Positions 37,181-46,581 are shown, numbered from the stretch's first letter. The stretch is DNA of 64,000 nt from Desulfosudis oleivorans (GCA_020723305.1 DYJC01000016.1:2650-66649); one strand, 5' to 3'. Notes: a model not told the origin generated them from the sequence alone. Numbers and translations are program-made.

Positions 37181-38239
37181 ATGCACTTTGAATCGCCATT
37201 ATCATTTCTTCTTCTGCTCCTAATACCTTTTCTTTTATGGATCAGGCATCGAAGGGCAAAACCAGGAACGATCCGTTTCCCCTCGATACAGCATGCCGTG
37301 AAAGCGGGAAAATCGATCCGCCGACAATGGGTCTGGGTTCCTTCATTTCTTCGGGTTCTTGCACTTGTTTTTCTGACAATTGCCCTGGCAAGGCCCCAGA
37401 CCGGCTCAGAGCAGGTTCGGGATATCACCCAGGGTATTGCCATTGAGATGGTTGTGGATCGATCCGGCAGCATGGGGCAGGAGATGGAATACCGGGGAGT
37501 CAAAACAAACCGGCTGGAGGTGGTAAAACAGGTATTCAAGGAATTTCTGCTGGGAAATGAGGATGACCTCAAGGGAAGACCAAGCGATCTCATTGGAATC
37601 ATCTCTTTTGCAAGGTACCCGGATACAACCTGCCCGTTGACCCTGGCTCATGGTGCGCTCTCTCCCTTTATCGACAGCATCAAACTGGTTCAGACACGGG
37701 AGGAGGACGGAACCGCCATTGGAGATGCGCTTGCACTGGCGGCCGCGCGTCTGGAAAAAGTGGATGAAACAGTTGCTCTCCAAAGACAACAGGGAAATGA
37801 CAGCTACACCATTAAAAGCAGGATCATCATTCTATTGTCCGACGGTGAAAACAACAGAGGAAAACGGACTCCTCTGGAAGCAGCCGCGCTGGCAGCAAAA
37901 TGGGGTATAAAGGTCTATACGATCGCTATCGGAGGGGAGGATTCGGGAACCTCCATTCAGACGCCGTTTGGTGTTTATACAATTCCAGGCGGGCAAGGCG
38001 TTGATACAGAATCTCTCAAAGCGATCGCAAAACAGACCGGAGGTTCTTTTTATCAGGCGGAAGATGAGAAATCCCTTCGATCCATATATGAAGAGATTGA
38101 TAAAATGGAAAAAACAGAAATTGAATCCATTAAATATATTGACTACAAAGAGGTTTTTCTTCCGTTTGTTTATATGACGCTTTTTCTGATCGGGCTTGAA
38201 ATTCTGTTACGGGAAACCATCTTCAGGAAGATACCATGA
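37181..38239 (+). CDS. batA: vWA-domain membrane protein BatA
   Basis: 352 aa with N-terminal TM helices, MIDAS VVDRSGSMG and a C-terminal TM helix. Operon position follows DUF4381. Confidence 0.8.
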   Translation: MHFESPLSFLLLLLIPFLLWIRHRRAKPGTIRFPSIQHAVKAGKSIRRQWVWVPSFLRVLALVFLTIALARPQTGSEQVRDITQGIAIEMVVDRSGSMGQEMEYRGVKTNRLEVVKQVFKEFLLGNEDDLKGRPSDLIGIISFARYPDTTCPLTLAHGALSPFIDSIKLVQTREEDGTAIGDALALAAARLEKVDETVALQRQQGNDSYTIKSRIIILLSDGENNRGKRTPLEAAALAAKWGIKVYTIAIGGEDSGTSIQTPFGVYTIPGGQGVDTESLKAIAKQTGGSFYQAEDEKSLRSIYEEIDKMEKTEIESIKYIDYKEVFLPFVYMTLFLIGLEILLRETIFRKIP

Positions 38240-39255
38240 CCGGACTGCATCTGAACAACATTGAACAGCTTCATTTTCTATGGGTTGTATTGCCCCTGAT
38301 CGCTGTTTATATTTATGGCTGGTATCGGCGGAAAAAGGCGCTTGGAGATTTCATCGAGGCAGGACTTCTTCATAAAGTCCATATTTCGGCAACCAGCGGG
38401 TTCCGGCATCGCAAAATGATTCTGCTCCTGATTGCCGTAATCATGCTTGTGATTTCCATGACCCGGCCGGCCTGGAATTTTAAATCCGAGCGGATTGAAC
38501 GAAAAGGCCGTGATGTTGTTTTCCTTCTGGATGTCTCAAAAAGCATGCTGGCCGAGGATCTTGTACCCAATCGCCTGGAGCGGGCAAAACTCGCCATCGG
38601 GGATTGCGTGGATCAGCTTCAGGGAGATCGGGTCGCCCTGGTGGCCTTTGCCGGAACAGCTGCTGTGAAATGCCCGCTCACCCTGGATTATGGATTTTTC
38701 CGGATGATGCTGGACAGGATATCGACCGACAGCATTGAAAGAGGGGGAACAATGATCGGTGATGCAGTTCGAATGATACTTGCCGAGGTTCTGGACAATC
38801 AGGAGAAGGAATTCAAGGATATCATCCTGATCACGGACGGCGAGGATCATGAAAGCTTTCCGGTCGAGGCGGCAAAACAGGCTGGTGAAAAAGGTATCCG
38901 GATCATCGCAATCGGCTTAGGGGATGAAACAGAGGGCAAGCGGATCCCCATAACAACCGAACAGGGAACTCAAAAATTTCTGACCTACAAAGGACAGGAG
39001 ATCTGGACAAAGCTGGACGCCGCAACCCTGCGAAAGATGGTTCGGGAAACCCCCGGAGGGAAATATCTGAATGTTGCAACCGGAACCATCGATCTGGGAA
39101 AAGTATATCTGGATCTTGTGGCATCAGCAGCCAAAAAGGATCTGGAATCGGAAACCATCAAACGGTATGAGGAAAAATTTCAGGTTTTTTTGGGTGTTGC
39201 TTTTATTCTGATTTGTGTTGAAATGATTATGAGAGTAAAAGCAAAAGATAATTAA
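38236..39255 (+). CDS. batB: vWA-domain membrane protein BatB
   Basis: 339 aa. FLLDVSKSMLAEDLVPNRLERAKLAI contains the vWA MIDAS motif. The start overlaps the batA stop (ATGA). C-terminal TM helix. Confidence 0.8.
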   Translation: MTGLHLNNIEQLHFLWVVLPLIAVYIYGWYRRKKALGDFIEAGLLHKVHISATSGFRHRKMILLLIAVIMLVISMTRPAWNFKSERIERKGRDVVFLLDVSKSMLAEDLVPNRLERAKLAIGDCVDQLQGDRVALVAFAGTAAVKCPLTLDYGFFRMMLDRISTDSIERGGTMIGDAVRMILAEVLDNQEKEFKDIILITDGEDHESFPVEAAKQAGEKGIRIIAIGLGDETEGKRIPITTEQGTQKFLTYKGQEIWTKLDAATLRKMVRETPGGKYLNVATGTIDLGKVYLDLVASAAKKDLESETIKRYEEKFQVFLGVAFILICVEMIMRVKAKDN

Positions 39256-39286
39256 TATTCCCCCCTATATAATTGTGTCACATATA

Positions 39287-39343
39287 TTCCCCCCTTGAGG
39301 GGGGCGAAGGGGGGTGTCCTTGAGGGGGAATTAAAGGGGGATG
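39287..39343 (-). repeat. C6/G6 palindromic repeat locus R2 (inverted core plus half-units)
   Basis: ATTCCCCCCTTGAGGGGGGCGAAGGGGGGTG is the reverse complement of the R1 core with a few changes. It is followed by CCTTGAGGGGGAATTAAAGGGGGATG. Confidence 0.8.
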
Positions 39344-39390
39344 TAAATACTATGGTTTTTTCCAAAAAGTTACTATCGTGAATGGCTCAA

Positions 39391-39420
39391 CACCCCCCTG
39401 GCCCCCCTCCAGGGGGGAAT
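39391..39420 (+). repeat. C6/G6 palindromic repeat R3
   Basis: CACCCCCCTGGCCCCCCTCCAGGGGGGAAT, 53 nt upstream of the DUF559 start. Confidence 0.85.
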
Positions 39421-39472
39421 AAAAAATAAAAAATTCCAAATACGATTACCCAGGGAACCGGAGGAGCAGCCC

Positions 39473-39937
39473 TTGATAAAAGGCATTATACCTTACAACC
39501 CTGAACTAAAAGAACCGGCAAGAGATCTTCGAAAAAACAGCACGCTTTCAGAAGTGTTGCTTTGGCAGCAAATTCAGAAAAGGCAGATAGGAGGATATAA
39601 ATTTTTACGTCAAAAGCCGATTCATAATTACATTGTTGATTTTTATTGTAAGGATCTCATGCTTGCAATTGAAATTGATGGAGATTCTCACAATGTTAAA
39701 ATGGATTCAGATAGAAGACGGCAGTGTGATTTGGAGTTGATTGGTATTCGGTTTTTGCGATTTCTGGATATTGATATTAAAAAGAATATGGAAGGGGTGT
39801 TGATCGCTATACATAAATGTATTGAAGGGATTGAGAAAGGGCTTTTTGATATTGGCAACTCGACATCTACTACACCCATTACACATATTACACCCCCCTG
39901 CGCCCCCCTCGAGGGGGGAATAAACAGCAGGAAGTAA
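39473..39937 (+). CDS. DUF559 endonuclease-domain protein (Vsr/restriction-endonuclease-like fold)
   Basis: TTG 39473 has GGAGGAG 6 nt upstream. ARDLRKNSTLSEVLLWQQIQKRQIGGYKFLRQKPIHNYIVDFYCKDLMLAIEIDGDSH...IRFLRF matches the DUF559 pattern. The last ~15 codons read through repeat R4. Confidence 0.8.
   Translation: MIKGIIPYNPELKEPARDLRKNSTLSEVLLWQQIQKRQIGGYKFLRQKPIHNYIVDFYCKDLMLAIEIDGDSHNVKMDSDRRRQCDLELIGIRFLRFLDIDIKKNMEGVLIAIHKCIEGIEKGLFDIGNSTSTTPITHITPPCAPLEGGINSRK
39891..39921 (+). repeat. C6/G6 palindromic repeat R4
   Basis: CACCCCCCTGCGCCCCCCTCGAGGGGGGAAT, in the same orientation as R3, overlapping the 3' end of the DUF559 ORF. Confidence 0.85.
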
Positions 39938-39970
39938 CTCAAGGGGGTATAAGCAGCCGGAAAGACTTTT

Positions 39971-40912
39971 GTGATGGATTTGAAAGTTCAAATAAAATTA
40001 TACATTAGAAAGACAAATTTTGCAGTTTTGCTTCTGCTTATCTTGATCCCCGGCCACGCCCTGGGAGAATCCGCAGCAGAGATTGTCAAAAGAGGCAATA
40101 CTGCCTATTCCCTTGGCAAGTATGATGAGGCTTTGTCTGCATATGATGAGGCGTATCAAAAAGCCCCGGAATCCTCCCGGATTTTGTTTAACAAGGGTAC
40201 GGCTTTTTATCAGGAAGGGGAGTATCCGAAAGCGATTGAGGCATTTCAGGAAGCGGAACAGAAATCCAAAGAGCCTTTGTTGAATGCTTATACCCGGTTT
40301 AATCTGGGAAACAGCTATTTTCAGGAGGCGGAGCAGAAAAAGCAGACTGATCCAAACAAGGCACTGGAGTCATATGGCAAGAGCATCTTGAATTATCAGG
40401 AAGCGCTTGAACTATCCCCTGATTTTACAGAATCTGCGGAAAATATTGAAATCGCAAGGCTGGCAATGAAATCCGTCCAGGATGAGATGAATAAGCAGCA
40501 GCAATCATCTGAACAACAGAAACAGGCTGCGGAAAAGCAGGAATCCAATCAGCCAGGGCAGGCCACTGAAAATCAGCAGCAGGCAGCGGAAAATTTGAAA
40601 AAAGCGCTGGATTCCTTACAAGATGACAGCAAAGACAAACAGCAGCAGAATTCGCCAAAAGAAGATCAACAGCAGGGAGAGAACCAGCAGGAACAGCAGA
40701 ATCAGCAGGAGCAGGGGAAACAACAACAGGAGCAAGGGAAACAAAAGCAGCAGGAAGGGGCTCAGCAGAAATCAGAAGAGATGACCCCGGAAAATCAAAA
40801 TAGTCAATTGTCGGATGATGCGCTGGATATCCTTGATGAGGAAAAAGAAAACTTGAAACATCGTAACATGATCCGGATGAATGGTGATCCGGGAGTTGAA
40901 AGAGACTGGTGA
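39971..40912 (+). CDS. batC: TPR protein BatC-like with Q/E-rich tail
   Basis: 313 aa (GTG 39971 or ATG 39974) with a signal-like N-terminus. TPRs include GNTAYSLGKYDEALSAYDEAYQ and GTAFYQEGEYPKAIEAFQEA. Long Gln/Glu/Lys low-complexity tail. Operon position. Confidence 0.65.
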   Translation: MMDLKVQIKLYIRKTNFAVLLLLILIPGHALGESAAEIVKRGNTAYSLGKYDEALSAYDEAYQKAPESSRILFNKGTAFYQEGEYPKAIEAFQEAEQKSKEPLLNAYTRFNLGNSYFQEAEQKKQTDPNKALESYGKSILNYQEALELSPDFTESAENIEIARLAMKSVQDEMNKQQQSSEQQKQAAEKQESNQPGQATENQQQAAENLKKALDSLQDDSKDKQQQNSPKEDQQQGENQQEQQNQQEQGKQQQEQGKQKQQEGAQQKSEEMTPENQNSQLSDDALDILDEEKENLKHRNMIRMNGDPGVERDW

Positions 40913-42789
40913 TGAAAACAGCAAGGCTTTTGCATATATTACTTTTTCTGTTCTTCATGGTGATTTCGGTTTCGGTCTCATCAGCAGCTCAGCAGATAAA
41001 TGCTGATGCAGTTGTTGAAAAGAGTTCTGTTTTTGCCGGCGAATCCATTGGGTTTGAGATTCGTGTATCCGGAAGTGACAAACCGGAAAAGCCGGACCTG
41101 CCGGAAGTAGAAGGCTGTAAAATTGATTATCAGGGCGGGCAGCAGAACAGCAGCAGTTCGATTAGCATCATCAATGGACAGGTTTCCAAGATTGTTCAAA
41201 CCGGGCATGTCTTTTCATACCGGCTTACCCCGGTTAGACCCGGAAGAATCGTCATACCGCAGATTACGGTTCACGCAGAAGGGAAGACAACCGCCACCAG
41301 ACCGGTTGTCATCGATATCCAGAAACCAGTGGAAACAGAAGATTTCAAGCTCAGGATGCAGATATCCAAAACAGATTGTTATGTCGGAGAGCCGGTTTCA
41401 CTTCAATTCACCTGGTATATGGGAAAGGATGTCCGAAGCCTTCAGGTCATGATGCCTCTGCTGGAGAGTGAGATGTTCTTTTTTGCCGATCCAAAGATTG
41501 ATACCAAAGATGGAAACCAGTATTACCGCATACCGCTGGGCAAGAGTGAGGCGATCGGAAAAATGGGAAAAGGGCAGATGGACGGCAGGGAATACGCCAC
41601 CTTGACCTTTGAGAAAATCATGATTCCGAAAAAAGCCGGAACTATTTTAATTCAGCCTGCGACCGCTGTAGCAGAAGCCCTTGCCGGATACCGGCAGCAG
41701 AAAAATCCCTTTGGGGATGATTTTTTTTCAGGCTTTTTCAAAGATGATTTTTTCAAGGGACGAAGCAGTGTGTATCAGAAAGTTATTGTGCCCTCCAATC
41801 CACTGGAGCTATCGGTATCCGAGTTGCCGGTTCAGGGGCAGCCGAAAAATTTTACAGGGCATATCGGAAAATATAAAATTACAACTGCAGCTTCTCCCAT
41901 TGAGGCAAATGTGGGTGATCCGATCACCCTCAAGGTGATTGTCAGCGGACCGGAATATCTTGAAGATGTGGAATTTCCTCCATTGGATCAGCAGGCAAAT
42001 CTTGCGGCGGATTTTAAGATTCCAAAAGAGAGAGCGGTCGGGGAGTTGACCGGAAAGGGAAAAGTTTTCACGCAGACCATACGGCCCAACCGGCCTGGTA
42101 TCGATCAGATACCCGCCATCGAACTTCCATACTTTGACACTGGAAGCAAACAGTATAAAGTGGCAAAGAGTGAGCCGATTCCCATAACGGTTAAAAAAGC
42201 AAAGGTAGTAACCGCCCAGGATGCCGAAGGGCTTGTTTCACCCATGCAATCAAACGGCAGTAGTGTGGAATCCCTGGGTTCGGGCATTGCCTATAATTAT
42301 GAAGATCTGGGCGTTCTTGAGAAAAAGAGATTCGGCCTTGCACAATGGGTAAAATCACCATTGTGGTTGTTCATGATCGGATTTCCTCCTTTTGTGTTTT
42401 GCATCCTGGCTGTCGGGGTGGCTGTCCGGAAAAAAAATCAATCAGACCCCGAGGGGCAGCGTGCAAGGAAAGCTTTTTCAGCACTTGAAAAACAGTTGAA
42501 GCCGGCTCAAAAATCCAGCCGGACAGACTTGCAGGCAGACAGGATTCTGGAGATTTTCCGGAAATATCTGGGAGACAAGCTGCATATGCAGGGAGGGGCG
42601 ATCACCTTTATCGATGCAAAGGAAAAGCTTTTGCAGCAAGGGGCCGATGCTGAGACAATAGCGCAGGTAAAAGATTTTTTTGAGAAATGTGAGGCAGAGA
42701 GCTACGCCGGAGCGTCCGGGCATATCAGCAGCAAAGATTTGGCCTCATTGGCAATGAATGTTGCAGGGCGTTTGGAAAAACAGATATAA
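40909..42789 (+). CDS. batD: BatD-like (oxygen tolerance family) membrane protein
   Basis: 626 aa with a signal peptide, repeated beta-rich segments, a TM helix LWLFMIGFPPFVFCILAVGVAV and a cytoplasmic tail. The start overlaps the batC stop. Confidence 0.7.
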   Translation: MMKTARLLHILLFLFFMVISVSVSSAAQQINADAVVEKSSVFAGESIGFEIRVSGSDKPEKPDLPEVEGCKIDYQGGQQNSSSSISIINGQVSKIVQTGHVFSYRLTPVRPGRIVIPQITVHAEGKTTATRPVVIDIQKPVETEDFKLRMQISKTDCYVGEPVSLQFTWYMGKDVRSLQVMMPLLESEMFFFADPKIDTKDGNQYYRIPLGKSEAIGKMGKGQMDGREYATLTFEKIMIPKKAGTILIQPATAVAEALAGYRQQKNPFGDDFFSGFFKDDFFKGRSSVYQKVIVPSNPLELSVSELPVQGQPKNFTGHIGKYKITTAASPIEANVGDPITLKVIVSGPEYLEDVEFPPLDQQANLAADFKIPKERAVGELTGKGKVFTQTIRPNRPGIDQIPAIELPYFDTGSKQYKVAKSEPIPITVKKAKVVTAQDAEGLVSPMQSNGSSVESLGSGIAYNYEDLGVLEKKRFGLAQWVKSPLWLFMIGFPPFVFCILAVGVAVRKKNQSDPEGQRARKAFSALEKQLKPAQKSSRTDLQADRILEIFRKYLGDKLHMQGGAITFIDAKEKLLQQGADAETIAQVKDFFEKCEAESYAGASGHISSKDLASLAMNVAGRLEKQI

Positions 42790-42828
42790 TTGGATGGAGT
42801 TGCTGTTTATGATTCCTGTTGAGTACTA

Positions 42829-43006
42829 CACCCCCCTGGCCCCCCTCGAGGGGGGAATTTTTAAGCGGGGAATCCTCGAGGGGGGGTTTTCAGGCGAAGA
42901 ATCCTAAAGGGAGAATTTTCAAGCGGGGGATCAATTCGCTCCTCAAGCGGATACCATAAGGTATTCCCCCCTTGAGGGGGGTGAAGGGGGGTGTCCCTTG
43001 AGGGAA
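42829..43006. repeat. C6/G6 palindromic repeat cluster R5
   Basis: A plus-oriented core at 42829-42858 is followed by a run of degenerate half-units (AAGCGGGGAATCCTCGAGGGGGGG, AAAGGGAGAAT, AAGCGGGGGATC). An inverted core ATTCCCCCCTTGAGGGGGGTGAAGGGGGGTG begins at 42963. Confidence 0.85.
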
Positions 43007-43101
43007 GACGCTGGTGGGTATTCTTGAGACGATCACATGGATGCCACTGAGAGAAAATTGAAAACCGGTATTTTTTAATAGAGAATTTAATTCCAGTATT
43101 T

Positions 43102-43989
43102 TTGGACATGAATGATACGCATGATCGAAACAAACCAGTAATCCGGAGAATGAAATTGAAGACCGCATTGTCTGTATGCTTATGTGTGTTTTTGTTTGCT
43201 GTCTTTTTCACAAAACCCCTGCCGGCCCAATCCCTTGACACGGCCGAGGTGATGGAACTCTATCGTCAGGCCCGGGAGATGTTCCGGCAGGCAAATGAAC
43301 TGGCCACTTCTGATCCGGATCAGGCAGAACAGCTTTATCGGAATTCTGCAATGCGGTTTGAGAAAATTGTCCGGCAGGGAGGAATCCGGAACGGGGAAAT
43401 ATTTTATAATATCGGGAATGCCTATTTTAAAATCAGTGATATCGGACGAGCGATCCTGAATTACAAGCGGGCAGCGCTTTTTATTCCCAATGATTTGAAT
43501 CTGAGACAGAATTTGCAATTTGCCAAAGCCCGGCGAATTGACCGGATTGAGGAGCCTCAGAGAATGCAGGTTTTAAAGATTCTGTTTTTTTGGCATTATG
43601 ACCTGTCTTCTCATACCCGGATGATTCTTTTTACCGTTTTTTTTATTCTGTTCTGGGTTTTTGCCGGTTTCCGGTTATTTTTTTCAAAATCGTTTTTAAA
43701 CTGGCTGATTCTTTTTTTAGCAGGATTTTCATTCCTGTTTCTGGGGTCACTGGCCATCGATACGATTTATCATTATAACCGGGAGCCGGGGGTTATTATC
43801 AATCATGAGGTTATTGCCCGAAAAGGGGACAGCATATCCTATGAGAGCAGTTTTAAAGAACCGCTTCATCCCGGAACCGAATTTACCTTGATTGAAAAAA
43901 GAGGAAGCTGGTATTATATCGAACTTCCGGATTTCAGAAGATGCTGGGTTCCTGAGGCCGATGTCGAACTGGTGATGTCCAATCTGTAG
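43102..43989 (+). CDS. batE: BatE-like TPR / membrane / SH3b protein
   Basis: 295 aa. TPRs (IFYNIGNAYFKISDIGRAILNYKRA), three TM helices and a C-terminal SH3b-like GSWYYIELPDFRRCWVPEADVELV. The start is uncertain (43102 TTG, 43108 or 43150 ATG). Confidence 0.6.
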   Translation: MDMNDTHDRNKPVIRRMKLKTALSVCLCVFLFAVFFTKPLPAQSLDTAEVMELYRQAREMFRQANELATSDPDQAEQLYRNSAMRFEKIVRQGGIRNGEIFYNIGNAYFKISDIGRAILNYKRAALFIPNDLNLRQNLQFAKARRIDRIEEPQRMQVLKILFFWHYDLSSHTRMILFTVFFILFWVFAGFRLFFSKSFLNWLILFLAGFSFLFLGSLAIDTIYHYNREPGVIINHEVIARKGDSISYESSFKEPLHPGTEFTLIEKRGSWYYIELPDFRRCWVPEADVELVMSNL

Positions 43990-44130
43990 AGCCAGTTTCA
44001 AAACGCCCCATTTTGGCCAATCTCGGCGTTGGGCTCAAATTTTAATCCTCGAAATACTCAATGTATTACTGCGGTTAAAATTTTCGCCCGCCTTGATCTT
44101 GACCAAACTGAAACGTTTTGAAATTGGCTC
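43989..44130. repeat. MITE-like repeat, copy I (same termini, different core)
   Basis: GAGCCAGTTTCAAAACG ... CGTTTTGAAATTGGCTC termini. The core lacks the CCGGCGAA hairpin modules but is itself roughly palindromic. Confidence 0.7.
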
Positions 44131-44421
44131 TATAAATTATTTGTGAATTCATCGAAATTATCCTTGAATTAAAAAATCTTTTGAATTAAGAAAAATATTA
44201 GGCAGATAAGTGAATTTCATTTGCCATGACATCGGCTTTCGTCTACTGTGTTTCAAGAATCTAAAATACAAATAATGTGGATTTTTGTCATTGTTCGATA
44301 GCGGTCTTCAAAACTCATATCCACAAGATATTTTACGAATACTTATTCTTTTTTTCATTCAGACGAATCGATATTTTGATCAAGAATCTAAGGTGCTCAT
44401 TTAACAATAACAGGGAAAAAA

Positions 44422-46581
44422 ATGCCTAAACCAAAGAATCAACCTGTGAATTTGAAAGTCGGGGAATTACTGAAAATGGAAGGGTTTGTCCAGGATGATC
44501 AGATTCAAAAAGCCCTGGAGATTCAGGAAAATGAAATTTTAATGGCCCGTCTGCCTGTTGAAGAATATATGCTGAAAAAAAAGCTTCTCACCAAAGTTCA
44601 GTTTGATAAACTCAAAGAGCATCCGGAGTATGGCAAATTTACAGCAGATCAGCTCGCATATAAGCTGAACATCATCAGCAAAAAAAATCTGGATGAAATC
44701 CAGAATCGAAGGAACCTGCAGCGGAGTATTGGTGAGATCCTTTGTGAAATGGGTACCATTACAACAAATGATCTGAATCATATTCTTCAGAAATACAGCA
44801 AGCATCAGAAATTTGGTGAAATCCTGTTACGGCAGGATTTTATTAATGAAGTCAACCTCAACATCGCTCTTCGAGAACAGACTCACCGGACAGATCCTCT
44901 GGGCAAAATACTTGTCCAGAAAAAGTTTATTACGGTTGATCAGCTATATCAGGTATTATCCAAACAATACAATATCCCCTACCGGAAGCTTGACGGATTT
45001 GTCGTCTATGACAATCAGATTGAGAAACTTATCAATATTGTCGGGTATCGATATGCCAAAAAAAATATGATCATCCCTTTGATGCTTGAGGATAATACGC
45101 TTACCCTGGCTGTCTCCTCTCCGGAGAAACTGGCTGTCGTTCATGAACTCGCTTATGTGTATACCCATCTGAAATTAAAATGCATATTTGTTTCCGAAGA
45201 AAAGTTTGATGAACTTTTTGAAACCCTATACGGGGTTGCCATCAAAGCATCAAAAGCTGCTGCGGATGATCGTTCCAGAAAAGAGACCGTCAGTCTTATC
45301 GATATCGATCTTGGAGAAGATACCGGCGATACAAGGGATACCAAATCCGGTAACATCTATGGAACCACCACCATAGAGGCGGAAGAGGTTGTTAATTTCA
45401 TTATCAAATACGGCATCAGTAACAATGCCAGCGATATTCATATTGAACAGAATCGGAAAAAGCCGAAAATCCGGTACCGGATTGACGGTATTCTCCAGAC
45501 ACTCAAGCTTGCATGGCTGGATGAACGGATCAATGAAATGATCGGCGCCATTATTTCCCGGATCAAGGTGATTTCAAACCTTGATATTGCAGAGCGGAGG
45601 ATGCCTCAGGATGGCGTGTTCCGGGTAAACTATTTTGATCGGGAAAAAAAACAGGGATTTGATCTGGATTTCCGGGTGGCGACCTGTCCGGCAATCATTG
45701 GTGAAAATGTTACCTTAAGAATCCTTGATTCCCGAAAAGCCGATGTCGGACTGGATCGCCTTAATCATTCGGCCCATGTTCTGGAGCCATTCAAAAACAC
45801 CTTGAAAAGTTCAGCAGGAATGGTGCTGGTTTCCGGACCGACCGGTAGCGGAAAAACCTCGACACTGTATGGCGCCCTGATGCATATCAACAATCCCGGG
45901 GTCAAAATTATTACGGCAGAAGATCCGATTGAATACAGTTTCCCGGATATCATGCAGACCCAGATCAATCCAAAGATCAATTTAACCTTTGCAAAACTTC
46001 TGCGCTCCTTTTTACGTTTTGATCCGGACATCATTCTTGTGGGAGAGATGCGGGATAAGGAAACCGCGAGCATTGGTTTTGATGCAGCGTTGACCGGTCA
46101 TCTTCTGCTCAGCACGATTCATACCAATGATGCGGTGAGTGCTGTTACACGACTTCTTGACCTTGGGATCGAGCACAATCAGATGGCATCGAGCCTTATG
46201 GCTGTAATGGCGCAACGTCTTGTAAGGACAACCTGCCTGTCATGCAAAAAGGAGTACACTCCCCAAAAAGAGGAGTGGATGCTTTTGTTTGACAAATACC
46301 CTGAACATCTGTCCTTTTTTATGGGCGAAGGGTGTGAAGAATGCAAGTTTACCGGGTACAAAGGCAGAACACTGATTTCTGAAATTTTCGTTGTGGACCG
46401 GAATGTTTCCCTTGCCTTGAATCGGGGGGAAAATGAAAATGAAATCCGTCGGATTGCGCTGAAAGGGGGAATGAAAACCATGCTGGATGACGGAATCATG
46501 AAACTCAATCAAACAACCCTGGAAGAGCTGATCCGGGTGGTGCCCCATGAAATGCTGAAGGAGTTTAAAGCAAGAAAATGA
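44422..46581 (+). CDS. GspE/PilB/MshE-family secretion ATPase with extended N-terminus
   Basis: 719 aa with Walker A GPTGSGKTST, Walker B ILVGEMRD and tetra-Cys CLSC...CEEC. A ~300-aa N-extension carries four MshEN-like 24-residue motifs. Confidence 0.85.
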   Translation: MPKPKNQPVNLKVGELLKMEGFVQDDQIQKALEIQENEILMARLPVEEYMLKKKLLTKVQFDKLKEHPEYGKFTADQLAYKLNIISKKNLDEIQNRRNLQRSIGEILCEMGTITTNDLNHILQKYSKHQKFGEILLRQDFINEVNLNIALREQTHRTDPLGKILVQKKFITVDQLYQVLSKQYNIPYRKLDGFVVYDNQIEKLINIVGYRYAKKNMIIPLMLEDNTLTLAVSSPEKLAVVHELAYVYTHLKLKCIFVSEEKFDELFETLYGVAIKASKAAADDRSRKETVSLIDIDLGEDTGDTRDTKSGNIYGTTTIEAEEVVNFIIKYGISNNASDIHIEQNRKKPKIRYRIDGILQTLKLAWLDERINEMIGAIISRIKVISNLDIAERRMPQDGVFRVNYFDREKKQGFDLDFRVATCPAIIGENVTLRILDSRKADVGLDRLNHSAHVLEPFKNTLKSSAGMVLVSGPTGSGKTSTLYGALMHINNPGVKIITAEDPIEYSFPDIMQTQINPKINLTFAKLLRSFLRFDPDIILVGEMRDKETASIGFDAALTGHLLLSTIHTNDAVSAVTRLLDLGIEHNQMASSLMAVMAQRLVRTTCLSCKKEYTPQKEEWMLLFDKYPEHLSFFMGEGCEECKFTGYKGRTLISEIFVVDRNVSLALNRGENENEIRRIALKGGMKTMLDDGIMKLNQTTLEELIRVVPHEMLKEFKARK

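Noticed and set aside
40425-40958. 177-aa minus-strand ORF rich in Pro/Ala/Ser
   Set aside because: It is the mirror image of the CAG/CAA-rich Gln/Glu tail of the BatC-like gene, a low-complexity artefact.
42829-43006. Possible CRISPR array, given closely spaced G/C-rich palindromic repeats
   Set aside because: The units are degenerate, irregularly spaced by about 10-30 nt, and include inverted copies. There are no unique spacers of CRISPR length and no cas genes in the window. The same unit occurs singly at five other loci.
42861-43241. 126-aa and 92-aa minus-strand ORFs across the batD-batE gap
   Set aside because: They are translations of the C6/G6 repeat cluster (PPQGGN, PLKGGI peptides) and overlap the batE-like start region. 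No independent support exists.
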